Of a stretch of DNA of 64,000 bases, positions 1 through 11,320 are shown piece by piece. The first letter of the stretch is position 1. Every line of letters starts with the position of its first letter. The DNA is taken from assembly GCF_000143415.4 (NCBI RefSeq), contig NW_003314270.1, positions 1,915,048 through 1,979,047 of the forward strand, given 5' to 3'. This DNA is from Selaginella moellendorffii. Lineage: Eukaryota; Plantae; Lycopodiophyta. The translations under genes and the position numbers were made by a program. The notes below the pieces were generated by a model. That model searched no databases and was not told the DNA's origin. It saw only the letters and a program-made list of their open reading frames with translations.

Positions 1-406
1 ATTTTGGTAGTCCATTTCGTGTGAGGGATGTGATCCTCCCAAAAGCATGGAAATTTAAGATATCTCGATTGAATACTGGACGTTAATCTTTTCAATCACA
101 TTAAAATTCCAAGTAGAACTGCACGTGATAATTTTGCCCTTTGAAACTTTCAAGATATGTCATAACATCACATCCCAACACATTCCAGGATACTTCATTT
201 GCATGCCAAGTCTTTTGCTTGGTGTGCAAGGAAAGCCTCGTGGAAAGCTGGGATATAAAACATAGAGGATGGGAAGCTTCAGTGTCAAGAACTCGTAGCG
301 ACGCAGTGTAGAAAATATAATTCCAGGCTCCAGGCTCCAGGCACCAAGTCCATAGCAATTCTGCAAATTCTTCATTGTCGATTCTCCATTTTGTGATTGG
401 AAACCC

Positions 407-628
407 ATGGCTCAAGTTCATGCTGCGGAGTTGAAGGGCAATCAACAGGACCTCAGTCCTAAAAAGCGCATGGGCTGTTTTGGATGGAGGAGTAGCAGCA
501 ACAAGACCAGCAAGATCAAGCCCAAGAAGAACGCCCAAGTCTCAGATGGGAAGATCAAGGAGAGAAAACAAAAGCAAGCAATAATTGTTCCACACTTTGC
601 AACTTCAGCCAGATTGTCAATGCTGTGA
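407..628 (+). CDS. Small basic protein, 73 aa, type A of the local CFGW...AIIVPHF...RLSML family
   Basis: Intact ORF with AT-rich TATA-like boxes upstream (~254, ~316). Near-identical intact copies at 8806 and 23132. Shares CFGW and AI(I/V)VP(H/Y)F-x3-RL-x2-L motifs with the type B ORFs. Confidence 0.7.
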   Translation: MAQVHAAELKGNQQDLSPKKRMGCFGWRSSSNKTSKIKPKKNAQVSDGKIKERKQKQAIIVPHFATSARLSML

Positions 629-824
629 CATGGATTTGCACAGATTCAAGACTTTTTCCTTTTCGTCTTGAAGAAGCGAACTTGTAATATATTTTGTTTC
701 GTGAATTGAAATCATTCTATCAATTCAAAAAAATTTCTTCAATTGATCACAAAAATGCTTGTTGTGAAGAAGAAGAACTGAGAATGTGGAAAACTTCAGG
801 TTTTAGGGTTTCTACGGCCTAGGT

Positions 825-1176
825 ATGAACAAGGAGATGCAAGTGCGAAGGCGCATCGCGAGCATGTAAGCATCGCAAATGTCTCCTCCACTTTTCTCAA
901 TCGCTTGTGCGTGCCAGCTACAACAAGCGCGAGGACAATTTCGCGTCCCTCAGAGACTACAATGACTACCTGGAAGACGTAGAGGACATCAGTGAGCTCT
1001 CGTTTCATTCTCTCAGCTGCTCACTCACTTTGCCTTGTAGTCTTCAATCTGGTCCAAGGCATCGATGTGGCTGAGACGGAGGCCAAGATCAAGGCGTATA
1101 ATGAGGAAAACTACGAGCAAATCCTCGCATCCAGAGCTCGCAAGGTAAGGCGTGTTTTCGAGGAGAAACAAATCCT

Positions 1177-1224
<48 letters not shown>

Positions 1225-1583
1225 TACACACACAGGCTGTGGAGATTAGCACTGCTCTCCAGCAAGAGCAAGGCTTCACTGAAACGAGAGAAGCCATAGA
1301 ACAGGTAATCAGAAATTCTTTTCCATGATATTCCAGCGAGAATTTGGATCGAAAACAGGGACCGTCTGGAGCGTACGCGCCGGCAGTGGCGGGGATGTTG
1401 ATGCAGCAGCCAACGAGGCAGCCCGAGCCGATTGGACACAGCCTGCTCAACGGTGGCGCGGCCGAGGATCCAGAGGCGCAGAGGATTCGAGAGGAGCGAG
1501 CCGCCATCGCCGGGGGCTGGTCCATAGACTGCTGCCACAGGAGGGATCTCACGGAAGCTTTCTCCAGCTTGTGGGTCAACTAG
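825..1583 (+). CDS. MAT1: CDK-activating kinase assembly factor MAT1-like (plant short form), 5 exons
   Basis: Spliced translation MNKEMQVRRRIASI/YNKREDNFASLRDYNDYLEDVEDI/FNLVQGIDVAETEAKIKAYNEEN... matches the MAT1 centre domain. GT-AG introns at about 866-917, 992-1040, 1145-1235, 1305-1337. Stop at 1581-1583. Confidence 0.85.
1179..1233. repeat. (CT)n(CA)n microsatellite in MAT1 intron 3
   Basis: Directly visible. Shorter in the duplicate copies near 9370 and 23640. Confidence 0.95.
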
Positions 1584-1857
1584 AGACAAGAGAAGAACTG
1601 CTGCTCAATGGATGAAGTAGCAGTGTTCTTGAGAGCCGGCTCTCGTTGGATAGCCCCTGTTTCCATTTTTTCTTCAACTTTTCTACAACTTTTCTACAAC
1701 TTCTAGTAATTCTGTGCTCACAATACCACGTAGCCTTTCATTAGCTTAAAAAGCTGACAAAGGTGGAACCTACAGAACAGATCACAGAAAGTTCAAATAG
1801 CATACAACTTTCAAACTTACCACAGCTTTTTCTTTTGAACGTTTTTCTTTTAAACGT

Positions 1858-3059
1858 TCACTCTACCTTACTTCTCTGAAGGTAAACTGTCCCGCTCGCT
1901 CGTGGGCATTCCTTTGTTGTCACAACCAGCCTTATATAACTAGTGGAATACCATTCTTTGAGTTTGTGAGAGCCTTCTAAATTCACTTTCTTGTCCAGCT
2001 TCATGATGTCTAGCGTCACAAATGCTTGAGTTGCTCCTAAGTCACTTCTCGTTGTGAATTGTACAAACACAAGCATCTTCTTGTTCAGCTTACCATTCCA
2101 CAAGAAAAACATTGCCTTTGGTCCTGCTTCACAGAATGTCCCTGTCCAAGCATATGTTGTAAATGAAGCATCAGTCTCCACTGACTTGAGCCACTTGTTC
2201 AATTGTTTTGCATTTTTAATCTCCTTAACTAACACTACTGACAACCCTTTTCGTTTTAAAAAGTCATATGTTTTCTTGTACATAGCATGTGTTTCTACCA
2301 ATCCAAATAGCTCTGCTAGTACCTTCTTGTCAAATGTAAATCCAAAAGTCATGCATGTATATGTCTCAAAGTTGATTTTACATACAAATGAGTGTTTAAA
2401 TGTGTTTATAAAGCATCTCATGAGCATACTTTGTGGCATGTTATGCCATAGTGCATTTACCACCAAAGGCTCTCGCAAGATTATATAGTGAATTTCTACT
2501 GTAACTGACAAACTAGGAGTCTCTGTTTTATTATCAATAACACCTCTAATATATGGAGCTATTGGTGCAAAATGTTCTGCTCCATCACTGCTCTCAAGGA
2601 GAGTTGCAAAACCATGGTCTACAAGAGTCATGCCCCTCCATCCTGGTACAATCACATGGCACCTGAAAAAGTAATAAGTAAATATCACAATATCACGTAA
2701 TTCTATAAAGCTTGCGGTCTTACCTGAGAGATAGTAAGTAACTATCAGACCTTCTATAAAACTTGCCATCTCAGATTGTTCCACAGCAAAACTGCATCGT
2801 CTCTCAAAGAGCGATGGACTCCAAGTTCCCGGCCTGTTTGAGTGATCATCCTTCGTGCAAACTCCATGAACCAATCTGCAGCAGGTGCAGTCTCCATAAT
2901 ATACTTCTCAATAGCGGTTGATAAAAGTCTTCTCCTTCCTGTGTAGGTGGAGATAACAGCTGGCATGTCTAGTTGACTAACATCTATAAACCTTTCCATA
3001 AACACTTGGATGTTGCTACCATCAAAACCCAGGTAGACTGTAAATCTCTCCCACATCAA
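1858..3059 (-). pseudogene. Crinkler/CR-effector-like gene remnant (NTPase C-terminal part + PD-(D/E)xK-like nuclease domain), frameshifted and 5'-truncated
   Basis: ORFs 2754..3059 and 1858..2874 join by a frameshift. Motifs in order: YTGRRRLLSTAIEKYI, LVDHGFATL, LREPLVVNAL, GPKAMFFL, VFVQF, QAFVTLD, YIRLVV. This recalls the GR.RF / LV..GF / DEPLV / GPD..FF / VFVQ.K series of fungal CR-type proteins. Confidence 0.55.
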
Positions 3060-3072
3060 ACTCTTTCATAGT

Positions 3073-3540
3073 TGTTAGAGGTAGAGATGATGTGGCAGTT
3101 GTTATGCCCACGTGGCAGTAGCTTTATGTATATGTACACAATCATATACAGTTATATATATATATACAGTTCTTCCTCCTCGTGTGCGCGTCTCTCCGCT
3201 GCTAACATGGTATCGGAGCCCTGGGTTCCTTGATCCTGAGAATGGCGCTTGCTGGCCAGGAGGCCAGTGACGAGGAGGAGGATGAGCCTCCCGATTGCAA
3301 TCCCTCTTGCAATGTTTGGGACGCTTGAGGCGTTGCACCAAGGCACCAGGCTGTGTAAAGGTGCTGAGCAACAAGCAGCAGCAAGCAGAGAACAAAGCCA
3401 GTGGGAGATTGAGAGATTTCAACAACCCACATCAAGAATTGGGTCAAGATTCAAGAACATTGCATAGCAATTCTTTGCAGGAATTTCCAGCAATTGGGAA
3501 GGATGGAACGAGTGTCCGAGCAGAAGGGAACCTTGCCTTG
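3073..3540 (+). mobile_element. Ty1/Copia 5' end: 135-bp LTR, Met-tRNA PBS and decayed start of gag
   Basis: LTR TGTTAG(3073)...CTAACA(3207) with an internal TATA run, followed immediately by PBS TGGTATCGGAGCC (3208-3220). No second LTR seen. Confidence 0.75.
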
Positions 3541-3689
3541 TAACGTGACTCGTACTGTGCTACTGCCGGACGTTTGAGAGAGATATAAGCGTCACACGGA
3601 TGTGTAATGTCTGCTTCTGTAATATCTGTTTCTGCTGTTTTTGTAATGCCTGTTTCTGTAAACAATAAAATTGAAAAAAAAACAAGAAA

Positions 3690-4140
3690 CCAGTTAAACG
3701 CCACAGCATATGGCCACCTAAAGACAAATGCGCAGGGAGAGCAAGGGCAATGAGATCGTCCTCCTTCGATCGCCATAGGGGCTTTGGCGAAGAATTTCGC
3801 ATAAAGGAAAATTGGGGCAAGAAGTAGAAACCGAAGCCATCCTAAAAGAAAGTAGCATACCTCTCGTGGGACGAATGACATGAGAAGATCCAGCCCGAAA
3901 TTTCACTTTGCTGAGACCATCTTCTTTTCTTGGTTCAAGAGTTCTTCATCGGACCCTCATCACGGAGATGGAGTTAGCCGAGAACACCCTCTGAACCGCA
4001 TCTACGCCCACTCTACCATCACAAAGGTAAAATTCATGACTCTCTGCCCCATCTATGTCGTCAATGAACTCCACAAGCTCTTCCATTTCTGCCATAGCTT
4101 GCAACGAGTTTAGGGTACAACTCAAGGGGGAATGCTGGCC
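3690..4140 (+). mobile_element. Decayed LINE (L1-like) endonuclease fragment
   Basis: Remnant APE motifs: AYGH (VYAP-like), IG(D)F-like, FFSWFK...LNRIYAHS (FTW...LDRIY-like). Reverse-complement match to 20440-20725. Confidence 0.55.
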
Positions 4141-4299
4141 TCCATGCCACGTGTCATTGTCGAATGTCCATTTCACATCCATTCTTTATATGCCACGTAG
4201 GAATGGCCCATGCCATGTCAGGAATTAAGCCACTCACATAGACCATGTTGCGAACAAAATTGATCATGGTAGGCTTCTTTGCATTATGTTCTCACCTCT

Positions 4300-6495
4300 T
4301 GCTCTTATTGCACATGACAAAAGATGAAAAAAACTATCACTATGCAAGTTAGTGGTAACTTCCTTAATGAGAGTCTATTTGAATTGGCTTAAGCTTATCA
4401 ACTAAGCTAGCAAATGTCGTAATTAAAAGCTCAAAGAGTCTATTGAATGGGGAACTTAGATTGTATCCTAGCATTATTGTAAATTTGGGCAACTTTGGGC
4501 ATTCGAGAATAAAACCCCATTCATCCATGTCCATCATAAAATCTTCCATTTGTGGAAAAATGAGTTATATTGAAGAACTTGTTGGTATAAGCATTTTTAT
4601 TAGAGAGTTCTTTATAAGAGCGGCTTGATAGAGTTCAATATAGTAGAGAAAAAGTTTCTTAGCAAGGGGTTTAATCCTATTGAATTGTTACTCTTGAAAG
4701 GAACTTGGTGACACTCCAAGTTGTAGAACGTTGGGAGGACACCACAATAGATGTGGGGCAAGCCACATGCAAAAGCCATTAGAGAGGTTGATTGCAAAAT
4801 GTTTAAACAGTCCTCCTCTGTTAAATTGTCAATCATTCTCATTTAGAACTTTTTGCAATTGCTAATATTGCAATTATACACCCACAAGAGATTTGTGCAT
4901 TATATTTGAACACTTGGAATAGCAACTAACCCACAAAGTCAACTTATGCATACAGAAATAAAGACCATACCAAAGTTGTGTTTTAAACTTCACTTTCCTT
5001 GTCTTTTTGTCACAATGTCCTAAAATGCATTGGCATCTAGGGATGCCTTGCTGATTGTATAAGATGGACCTCAAGGCATGAGTTACATATTTAGAATGCA
5101 CTCAATTAACTGTGAGGTGCATTAGGTATAAAGGAGGAGGGTGATTGGTGTAAATCCATGGATTCCATCTTGGAGAATCCCAGCAATTATGACTATAATG
5201 TAATGTTTGAGTCTAGACTCACCAAACTTGGTGAAAGCTATAAATAAGCTATGGAAGCATCCATGGCTGCAATAGTGTGGCATTACCTATTCATAAAGCT
5301 AAAGGCAATGGAAAACCTATTGTAAGAAGGCTTGCAATACTCACTATGCATAGAAGCTCTATAGAGCCATTACAAGAGTTTAACATTATTAAGTGGGCTT
5401 TCACTCATTGGCATAAATGCTTTACTATAGATCTTTCTAGTAAAGATGATCATTCCTCTTGTGCAACTCATCAACTACCTAATCTTTGATTTGAACTTTG
5501 GAGAAAACTTCCACACCTAAGTTGTGGACATCATCCAAAGTAACTCTACATCTACTCTTACTAAAGTGAGGATGAGCTTTCAATCCCTGAAAACTCTAGT
5601 TCTTTGCCCTTAGCACATGGTATATATTGGATAGTTTAGCCCATGTTTGAAAATCCTTCTCACTCAATTCAAATATTAAAATGGTTATGTTTGGAAAAAT
5701 GATTGAAGTGTCCCTACTGTTGATCTTCTTGGCCAAACGTTATTGCACAAAATTGCAATCTCCTTAAGCATGCTATTCTTGAGAAGTAGTCAAGCCCAAC
5801 TCATATATGCCTTCAACAATTAGTGCACACCAGCCTAAAGTTAAGGAATCAGCCTCAATGTTGTAGCTTGGGTCTTACCATTCCCCTCAGTGTTGCCTAT
5901 GTCACACATGAATGAGCTCTTCACCAACACCATGCAAACTTGCATCCAAATACAAGCTCCACCATGTCATGGAATTGGTAAAGGTGTTTGTTGAAACTAA
6001 GACTATAATCAGGAAGATGAGCATGAAGTGAGGGGTTAGACACGGGACCATACAAAGTGTTCATAAACCCTATATAAAAGTTGCTATGGTTTGCTCTTTT
6101 GCCAAAGGAAAGTGCCTTTCATTGCAACATGAGCAATCAGTAGAATAATGATTCCTTTATCTTTAGCCTAGTTTGTGCCTCTAAGGTGTTAAAAGACCTA
6201 GATTGCAAATCAATGGCAAGGAAGGATAAACTCAATTGGCTGCATTGGGGGCACGACTCCAGATGCTATACATCCACAGCTTCGCAAAGGCATTTGTTGT
6301 CAAGAACACCATGTTAAAGAAGATAGTGTGCAAGAGAATGAAAATTTGGGGTGAGAACATTGTGCTCTAGAGAAGCTACATTTGGTTTGCAACATGTTGA
6401 ATGCATGGGATGTCTATGGGCCCGGCACTTTCCCCATACCCTAGCCTTGAGTGGTGCCCTAAACTCGGAGCTATGGATGGAAGAGCTTGTGGAGT
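4300..6495 (-). mobile_element. Degenerate L1-like LINE ORF2 (EN end, RT, zf-RVT remnants)
   Basis: Minus-strand remnants RD*KLILTLVRVDVELL (DWRPISL..DYK-like), LLERSIVKH, IGNATLL (FADDATL-like) and FILECPK. Many stops, CpG-depleted. Confidence 0.6.
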
Positions 6496-7030
6496 CTCCG
6501 TTATTCTTCCTCTCAGCTGTGAGCATCGCGGTGGATGCTTGGAGACTGGCCTTAACCGGGCGAGTTTAGTAGGGTGGTGCACGAGGATTTGAGCAATTAC
6601 GATCCAGAAGGTAGAGAAAACTTCGCCATTCGCATGCTCTGATCTAATTAACGTAGCTGCCGCTCCAGGCGCTTGGCCTGTTCTTGTCGTCGAGTTTGTG
6701 GATCACATGTACAGGTAACACACTGTAGTTCTCTTGCTGGAAAAGAATGGCCGTCCTCACAAAATCCTCCTGCTTTCAGAAGCTCGTCATGCTCTTGCAT
6801 TGCGGAAGCCTGCGTTTGCGATCCGAGTGCAGTGCTGAGCTCTTCGGAAGTTTTGGATGCTACCTCTCAATTGAACCGAGCGAATACACTACCAGGCAAG
6901 AAAACTCGCTACCAATATGATGCCTAAAGATCTATCTCTCTTCACAGGTATGGCTGCTACCGCCGGTAGTAAGAGGCGGAGGAAAGACGAACGACGAGGT
7001 GTTTTTGTCGCGGCATTTGAAGCGTCTACT
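6496..7030 (+). pseudogene. DCN1-like (AAR3-type) 3' gene fragment with internal deletion
   Basis: AVSIAVDAWRLALTGR...VVHEDLSNYDPE/GAWPVLVVEFVDHMY with introns retained. Lacks the ~90 bp present in the copy at 20725. Confidence 0.75.
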
Positions 7031-7302
7031 GCTGGAGAAACTTCTGCTCATGTCCTCCGGTGGATTTTGACAGATGAAAGCTTTGTAGTAGAGAAATTCT
7101 TTTCAATGTATAGTGGTGCCCAAGCGAGCGATGATTCTTTTTCCGCATAGTATTCTTGTGACCGAGAAACACGTGACAATAATGATCTAGACTCTATTCA
7201 AGTCAAAGTCTGGAGTCCTAACAACTCTCTATATTTCTTGGCTAGCAAGTTAGGACGAAGTATATAATGTGTGCCCTGAGAATTTCTTTCATTTGTTTTG
7301 GA

Positions 7303-7527
7303 ATGGCAGCAGGTGGAAACAGCATCAAGATGGACGAGCAACAAAAGGTTGCAAAGGTCGATTGTTTTGGATGGATGAGACAATGGAAATTCAAAGTAGC
7401 AAACAAGGTGGAGAATTCGCAAGATTGGAGCAAGACTATGGAAAGCAGCAGTGAGTCAAAGAAAAAGAAAAAGGATGCAATTGTCGTTCCTCACTTCTCT
7501 TCCTCGCCAAGACTTCCACTCCTGTAA
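7303..7527 (+). CDS. Small basic protein, ~74 aa, type B of the CFGW...AIVVPHF...RLPLL family
   Basis: TATATAA at 7261. ORF MAAGGNSIKMDEQQKVAKVDCFGWMRQWK...KKKKKDAIVVPHFSSSPRLPLL. Intact duplicate at 21752. Confidence 0.7.
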   Translation: MAAGGNSIKMDEQQKVAKVDCFGWMRQWKFKVANKVENSQDWSKTMESSSESKKKKKDAIVVPHFSSSPRLPLL

Positions 7528-7639
7528 TAGTAGAGAAAAGCTTCCAGATTGTTTGTTCTCCCTCCAAATATCTTCTCTGTTTTAAGATCTGGTACTCAGG
7601 ATAAGTTGGTCAAGCTAGGATGAATGAGCAGCATCGTAT

Positions 7640-8300
7640 CCATTTCCAGGACACTTCGTTTGCATGCCGAGTCATTTCTTGGTTTGCACGGAAAGTTTTT
7701 TGGACAAGGATTGAAATCAGGAATTCGCAGCAACAGAGCGTAGAAAATCTAATTCAGCCTTCACGCACGAAGACTATATCCTTTGTTCTCTCAAATTTGT
7801 GACTGGCTCAATGGAGTTAGTGCTTTGGATGGAGGAGTAGTCAACCCACAATCTGAGTCCTGTTGATTGCCCTCACAATATCCAGAAGCTCGTCGTTCTC
7901 TTGCATCGCGGAAGCCTTCCGAGTGCCGTGATGAGCTCTTCGGAAGTTTTGGATGCTACCTACCGAGAGGCAGAGGAAAGACACGAACGACGAGGTGTCT
8001 TTGTCGCGGCATTTGAAGCGTCTACTACTAGAGAAACCTCTGCTCATGGGTTTTGATAACAAGACAATAATATGAAGCGAATTTTTTTTCCACTGTTGTA
8101 ATCTAGACTCTATTCAAATACAAAACGATCATTGATTTTGGAATGGCAGCAGGAGTTCAAGGTGGAAACACGGACGAGCAACAAGAGGTTGCAACGAGAC
8201 AATGGAAATTGAAATAAGTAGCAAGCAATGTGAGCAAGACTATGAAAAGTAGCAGTGAGATGCAATTGTCACTTCTCTAGACTTCCACTCCTGTAATAGG
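7640..8300 (+). pseudogene. Collapsed remnants: type A promoter and 5' end, DCN1 fragment, type B pseudogene
   Basis: 7660-7760 parallels the type A upstream region. TGCTTTGGATGGAGGAGTAG at ~7821. DCN1 exon pieces at 7870-8048. Deleted type B copy at 8143-8298. Confidence 0.65.
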
Positions 8301-8805
8301 CTTCTAAATTTTTTATTTTTTGTAATGAAAATAAATCTGTCATCTTGAACATTTGAATCTGTTCTAAATTTTGGTAGTCCATTTCGTGTGAGGGATGTGA
8401 TCCTCCCAAAAGCATGGAAATTTAAGATATCTCGATTGAATACTGGACGTTAATCTTTTCAATCACATTAAAATTCCAATTAAAACTGTACGTGATAATT
8501 TTGCCCTTTGAAACTTTCAAGATATGTCATAACGTCACATCCCAACACATTCCAGGATACTTCATTTGCATGCCGAGTCTTTTGCTTGGTGTGCAAGGAA
8601 AGTCCCGTGGAAAGCTGGGATATAAAACACAGAGGATAGGAAGCTTCACCGTCAAGAATATAAAACATAGAGGATGGGAAGCTTCAGTGTCAAGAACTCG
8701 TAGCGACACAGTGTAGAAAATATAATTCCAGGCTCCAGGCTCCAGGCACCAAAGCAATTCTGCAAATTCTTCATTGTCGATTCTCCATATTGTGATTGGA
8801 AACCC

Positions 8806-9027
8806 ATGGCTCAAGTTCATGCTGCGGAGTTGAAGGGCAATCAACAGGACCTCAGTCCTAACAAGCGCATGGGTTGTTTTGGATGGAGGAGTAGCAGCAA
8901 CAAGACCAGCAAGATCAAGCCCAAGAAGAACGCCCAAGTCTCAGATGGGAAGATCAAGGAGAGAAAACAAGAACAAGCAATAATTGTTCCATACTTCGCG
9001 GCTTCAGCCAGATTGTCAATGCTGTGA
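8806..9027 (+). CDS. Small protein type A, copy 2 (73 aa)
   Basis: Intact ORF differing from 407..628 by a few residues (…IIVPYFAASARLSML). Confidence 0.7.
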   Translation: MAQVHAAELKGNQQDLSPNKRMGCFGWRSSSNKTSKIKPKKNAQVSDGKIKERKQEQAIIVPYFAASARLSML

Positions 9028-9199
9028 CATGGATTTGCACAGATTCAAGATTTTTTCCTTTTCGTCTTGAAGAAGCGAACTTGTAATATATTTTGTTGTT
9101 TCATGAATTGAAATCAGTCAAAAAAATCTCTTCAATTCATTCTCAATGATCACAAAAATGCTTGTTATCACTTCGCAGAAGAACTGAGAATGTGGAAAA

Positions 9200-9650
9200 C
9201 TTCAGGTTTGAGGACATCAGTGACATTCTCTCAGCCGCTCACTCACTTTGCCTGGTAGTCTTCAATCTGAGGCGAAGATCAAGGCGTATAATGAGGAAAA
9301 CTACAAGCAAATCCTCGCATCCAGAGCTTGCAAGGTAAGGCGTGTTTTCGAGGAGAAACAAATCCTTACTCTCTCTCTCTCTGTCTCACATACACACACA
9401 GGCTGTGGAGATTAGCATCCAGCAAGAGCAAGGCTTCACTGAAACGAGAAATTCTTTTCAATGGTATTCCAGCGAGAATTTGGATAAAAAACAGGGACCT
9501 TCTGGAGCGTACGCGCCGGCAGTGGCGGGTATGTTGATGCAGCAGCCAACGAGGCAGCCCGAGATTGGCTCAACGGTGGATCCAGAGACGCAGAGGATTC
9601 GAGAGTTGCGAGCCGCCATCGCCGGCAGGAACTAGGGACAAGCGCATGGA
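9200..9650 (+). pseudogene. MAT1 pseudogene
   Basis: Collinear with 825-1583 but exons 1-2 are largely deleted and there are several internal deletions. Confidence 0.85.
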
Positions 9651-9725
9651 TGAAGCTGATGGTTCTAGCTTAAAAGAGTGCTAGCAATTGGAACTAGAAA
9701 ATCCATATTAGGGCTTAAAATTTGG

Positions 9726-9885
9726 AGAGGGCCGCGCGTACGCGAGCCCTCAACTTCCACAAATTACGACGTCCACTCCTCCACTTTGGGAAGATGGTAG
9801 GCCGGCCAAGCCGTAGTGCAATGGGAAGGCCGAACCTAGGCCATTGACCTTCATGATCGCCAATAGACCCCGTCCAGGTAAGTAT
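9726..9885 (-). ncRNA. U1: U1 spliceosomal snRNA, copy 1
   Basis: Minus strand starts ATACTTACCTGG. Loop I GATCATGAAG, loop II ATTGCAC, Sm site AATTTGTGG, 3' GC hairpin. Confidence 0.95.
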
Positions 9886-9907
9886 GGATCCTTTCCCATA
9901 GCGCTGG

Positions 9908-9956
9908 GTTATATACTGCTCTTGTGCCCTTATTCCATTCCCCGGCATGTGGGATA
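9908..9956 (-). promoter_or_regulatory. Plant snRNA promoter (TATA ~-30, USE TCCCACATG ~-70) of U1 copy 1
   Basis: TATATAAC and ATCCCACATGC on the minus strand with Pol II-type spacing. Conserved before copies 2 and 3. Confidence 0.85.
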
Positions 9957-11320
9957 GGGCAAGAATTGGTGCAGCATATCCTTCGTTCATGGCTCATCGA
10001 GACGAGGGAAGAGGAGTTGTCGGGTGAGAAAAAGAGAAGCCTTCTCTCATCTTCTCTTTTGTATTTTGGGAGCAAAGCTCTCCAAGGAGTAGCAAGAACT
10101 TAGATGTGACCTTTACAACAATTGATACTAAGTATCTTGCCCAAGAGTGGTCGAATGCCCTGCGTTGGCCCTCGATCGTCATAACTCTTATAATATGATC
10201 TAATTGGCTCGGCCGGATGCCGTATCTGAGCACCCCGCGGTTCGAACCCATGGCCAGAAGTTAAAAGAGTACCATACCGCCAATATTTGTAAAATAATTT
10301 TTATTCAAATATATGAAAGTGGCGTGGTCCTTTACGAAACCCTAGCTCAATTTTGGCACCAACATCAACGAATTTTTTCACCAACAGAATATAACTACCT
10401 AAACTTCATTTAATGGTCCAAACCAAGAAAAACTTTGTAATTTGTTTTGTTGGTAATAGACCGAGTGCCACGCAATATGTATATAATACGGCAGTTGTGG
10501 ATGTATAGGTTGACTAGCTCCTTCTGCTTCAGCCACTGTTGCTGGAGAACAGCAGAAATTTGTGGAAAACAGACAATGTGAAAGTTTGTATGGAAGAGAA
10601 AAAGCAAACTCTGATCTATCAGATCTTAGAGAAGCAGCGCTGTGTGTTGTTGTGAACAAGAGCAGCAGCGGCAGCTTCAGTCAATCAAGAGCCATTACCT
10701 TCGCTTTGCTTTAGAACCATCTTTTCTTCCAACCTTTGCGGGGATGAGCTCTTCCTTGAGAGTTATTTTATACACACGGTATAGTTCTAGGCACGCCTAA
10801 AGTCCTCGCGCAATACCCTGAAGATTCACCAGTCAAGGAGGTTGTCAAGGAGGTTTCTTCGATCGAACGGAATTCCAAAGCCAGTGATTCCCGGTTATTG
10901 AGGAAAAAGCTTGAAGATTGAAACAAGGAACTAGAGAACAAAACTCTATGAGCGGGATAGTGGAGCGAATTTATAAAACTGAATTGAAGCAAATGGCTCT
11001 TAAAGAAATCAATTGAAATCTTTCCTTCTTGTGATCAAGAACCTATTTTATAAGAAGCAAGGACACGAGAGAAAAGATCCATTTCTTGTGTTTCTTGCAT
11101 GTATCTACAGGCATGGTAACTTCGGGTTCTTCCGGTTAGAATTCCACTTCTCCCTCCAACTCATAACACATTTTCAGGGTGGCCATTGTAGCTGATTGAG
11201 CAGCGCCACAAGTGACCATCTGATTTGTTCGTTACATAAAAAAATAGTTTCTTGATTCTGAAACTGTTTTTTTCTCTTTCTTAGTAGAATCAGAGTTTAT
11301 TTATTTGGTTGATCATGCGT

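Noticed and set aside
101-538. 145-aa minus-strand ORF overlapping the type A gene
   Set aside because: Its frame is broken differently by indels in the 8527 and 22892 copies, while the plus-strand 73-aa ORF is preserved.
3830-6495. Apparent inverted repeats (4060-4130 vs 6430-6495; 3830-4100 vs 20440-20725) suggesting a TIR or DIRS element
   Set aside because: The repeated sequence encodes LINE endonuclease motifs, so two oppositely oriented LINE copies explain it.
9975-9984. ATATCCTT/GTATCCTT motif (U12 donor-like) next to each U1 copy
   Set aside because: It lies in duplicated intergenic sequence with no exon, branch point or acceptor context.
10400-10900. Exon-like fragments on the minus strand (also 18370-18455 on the plus strand)
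   Set aside because: Could not be assigned to any family with confidence.
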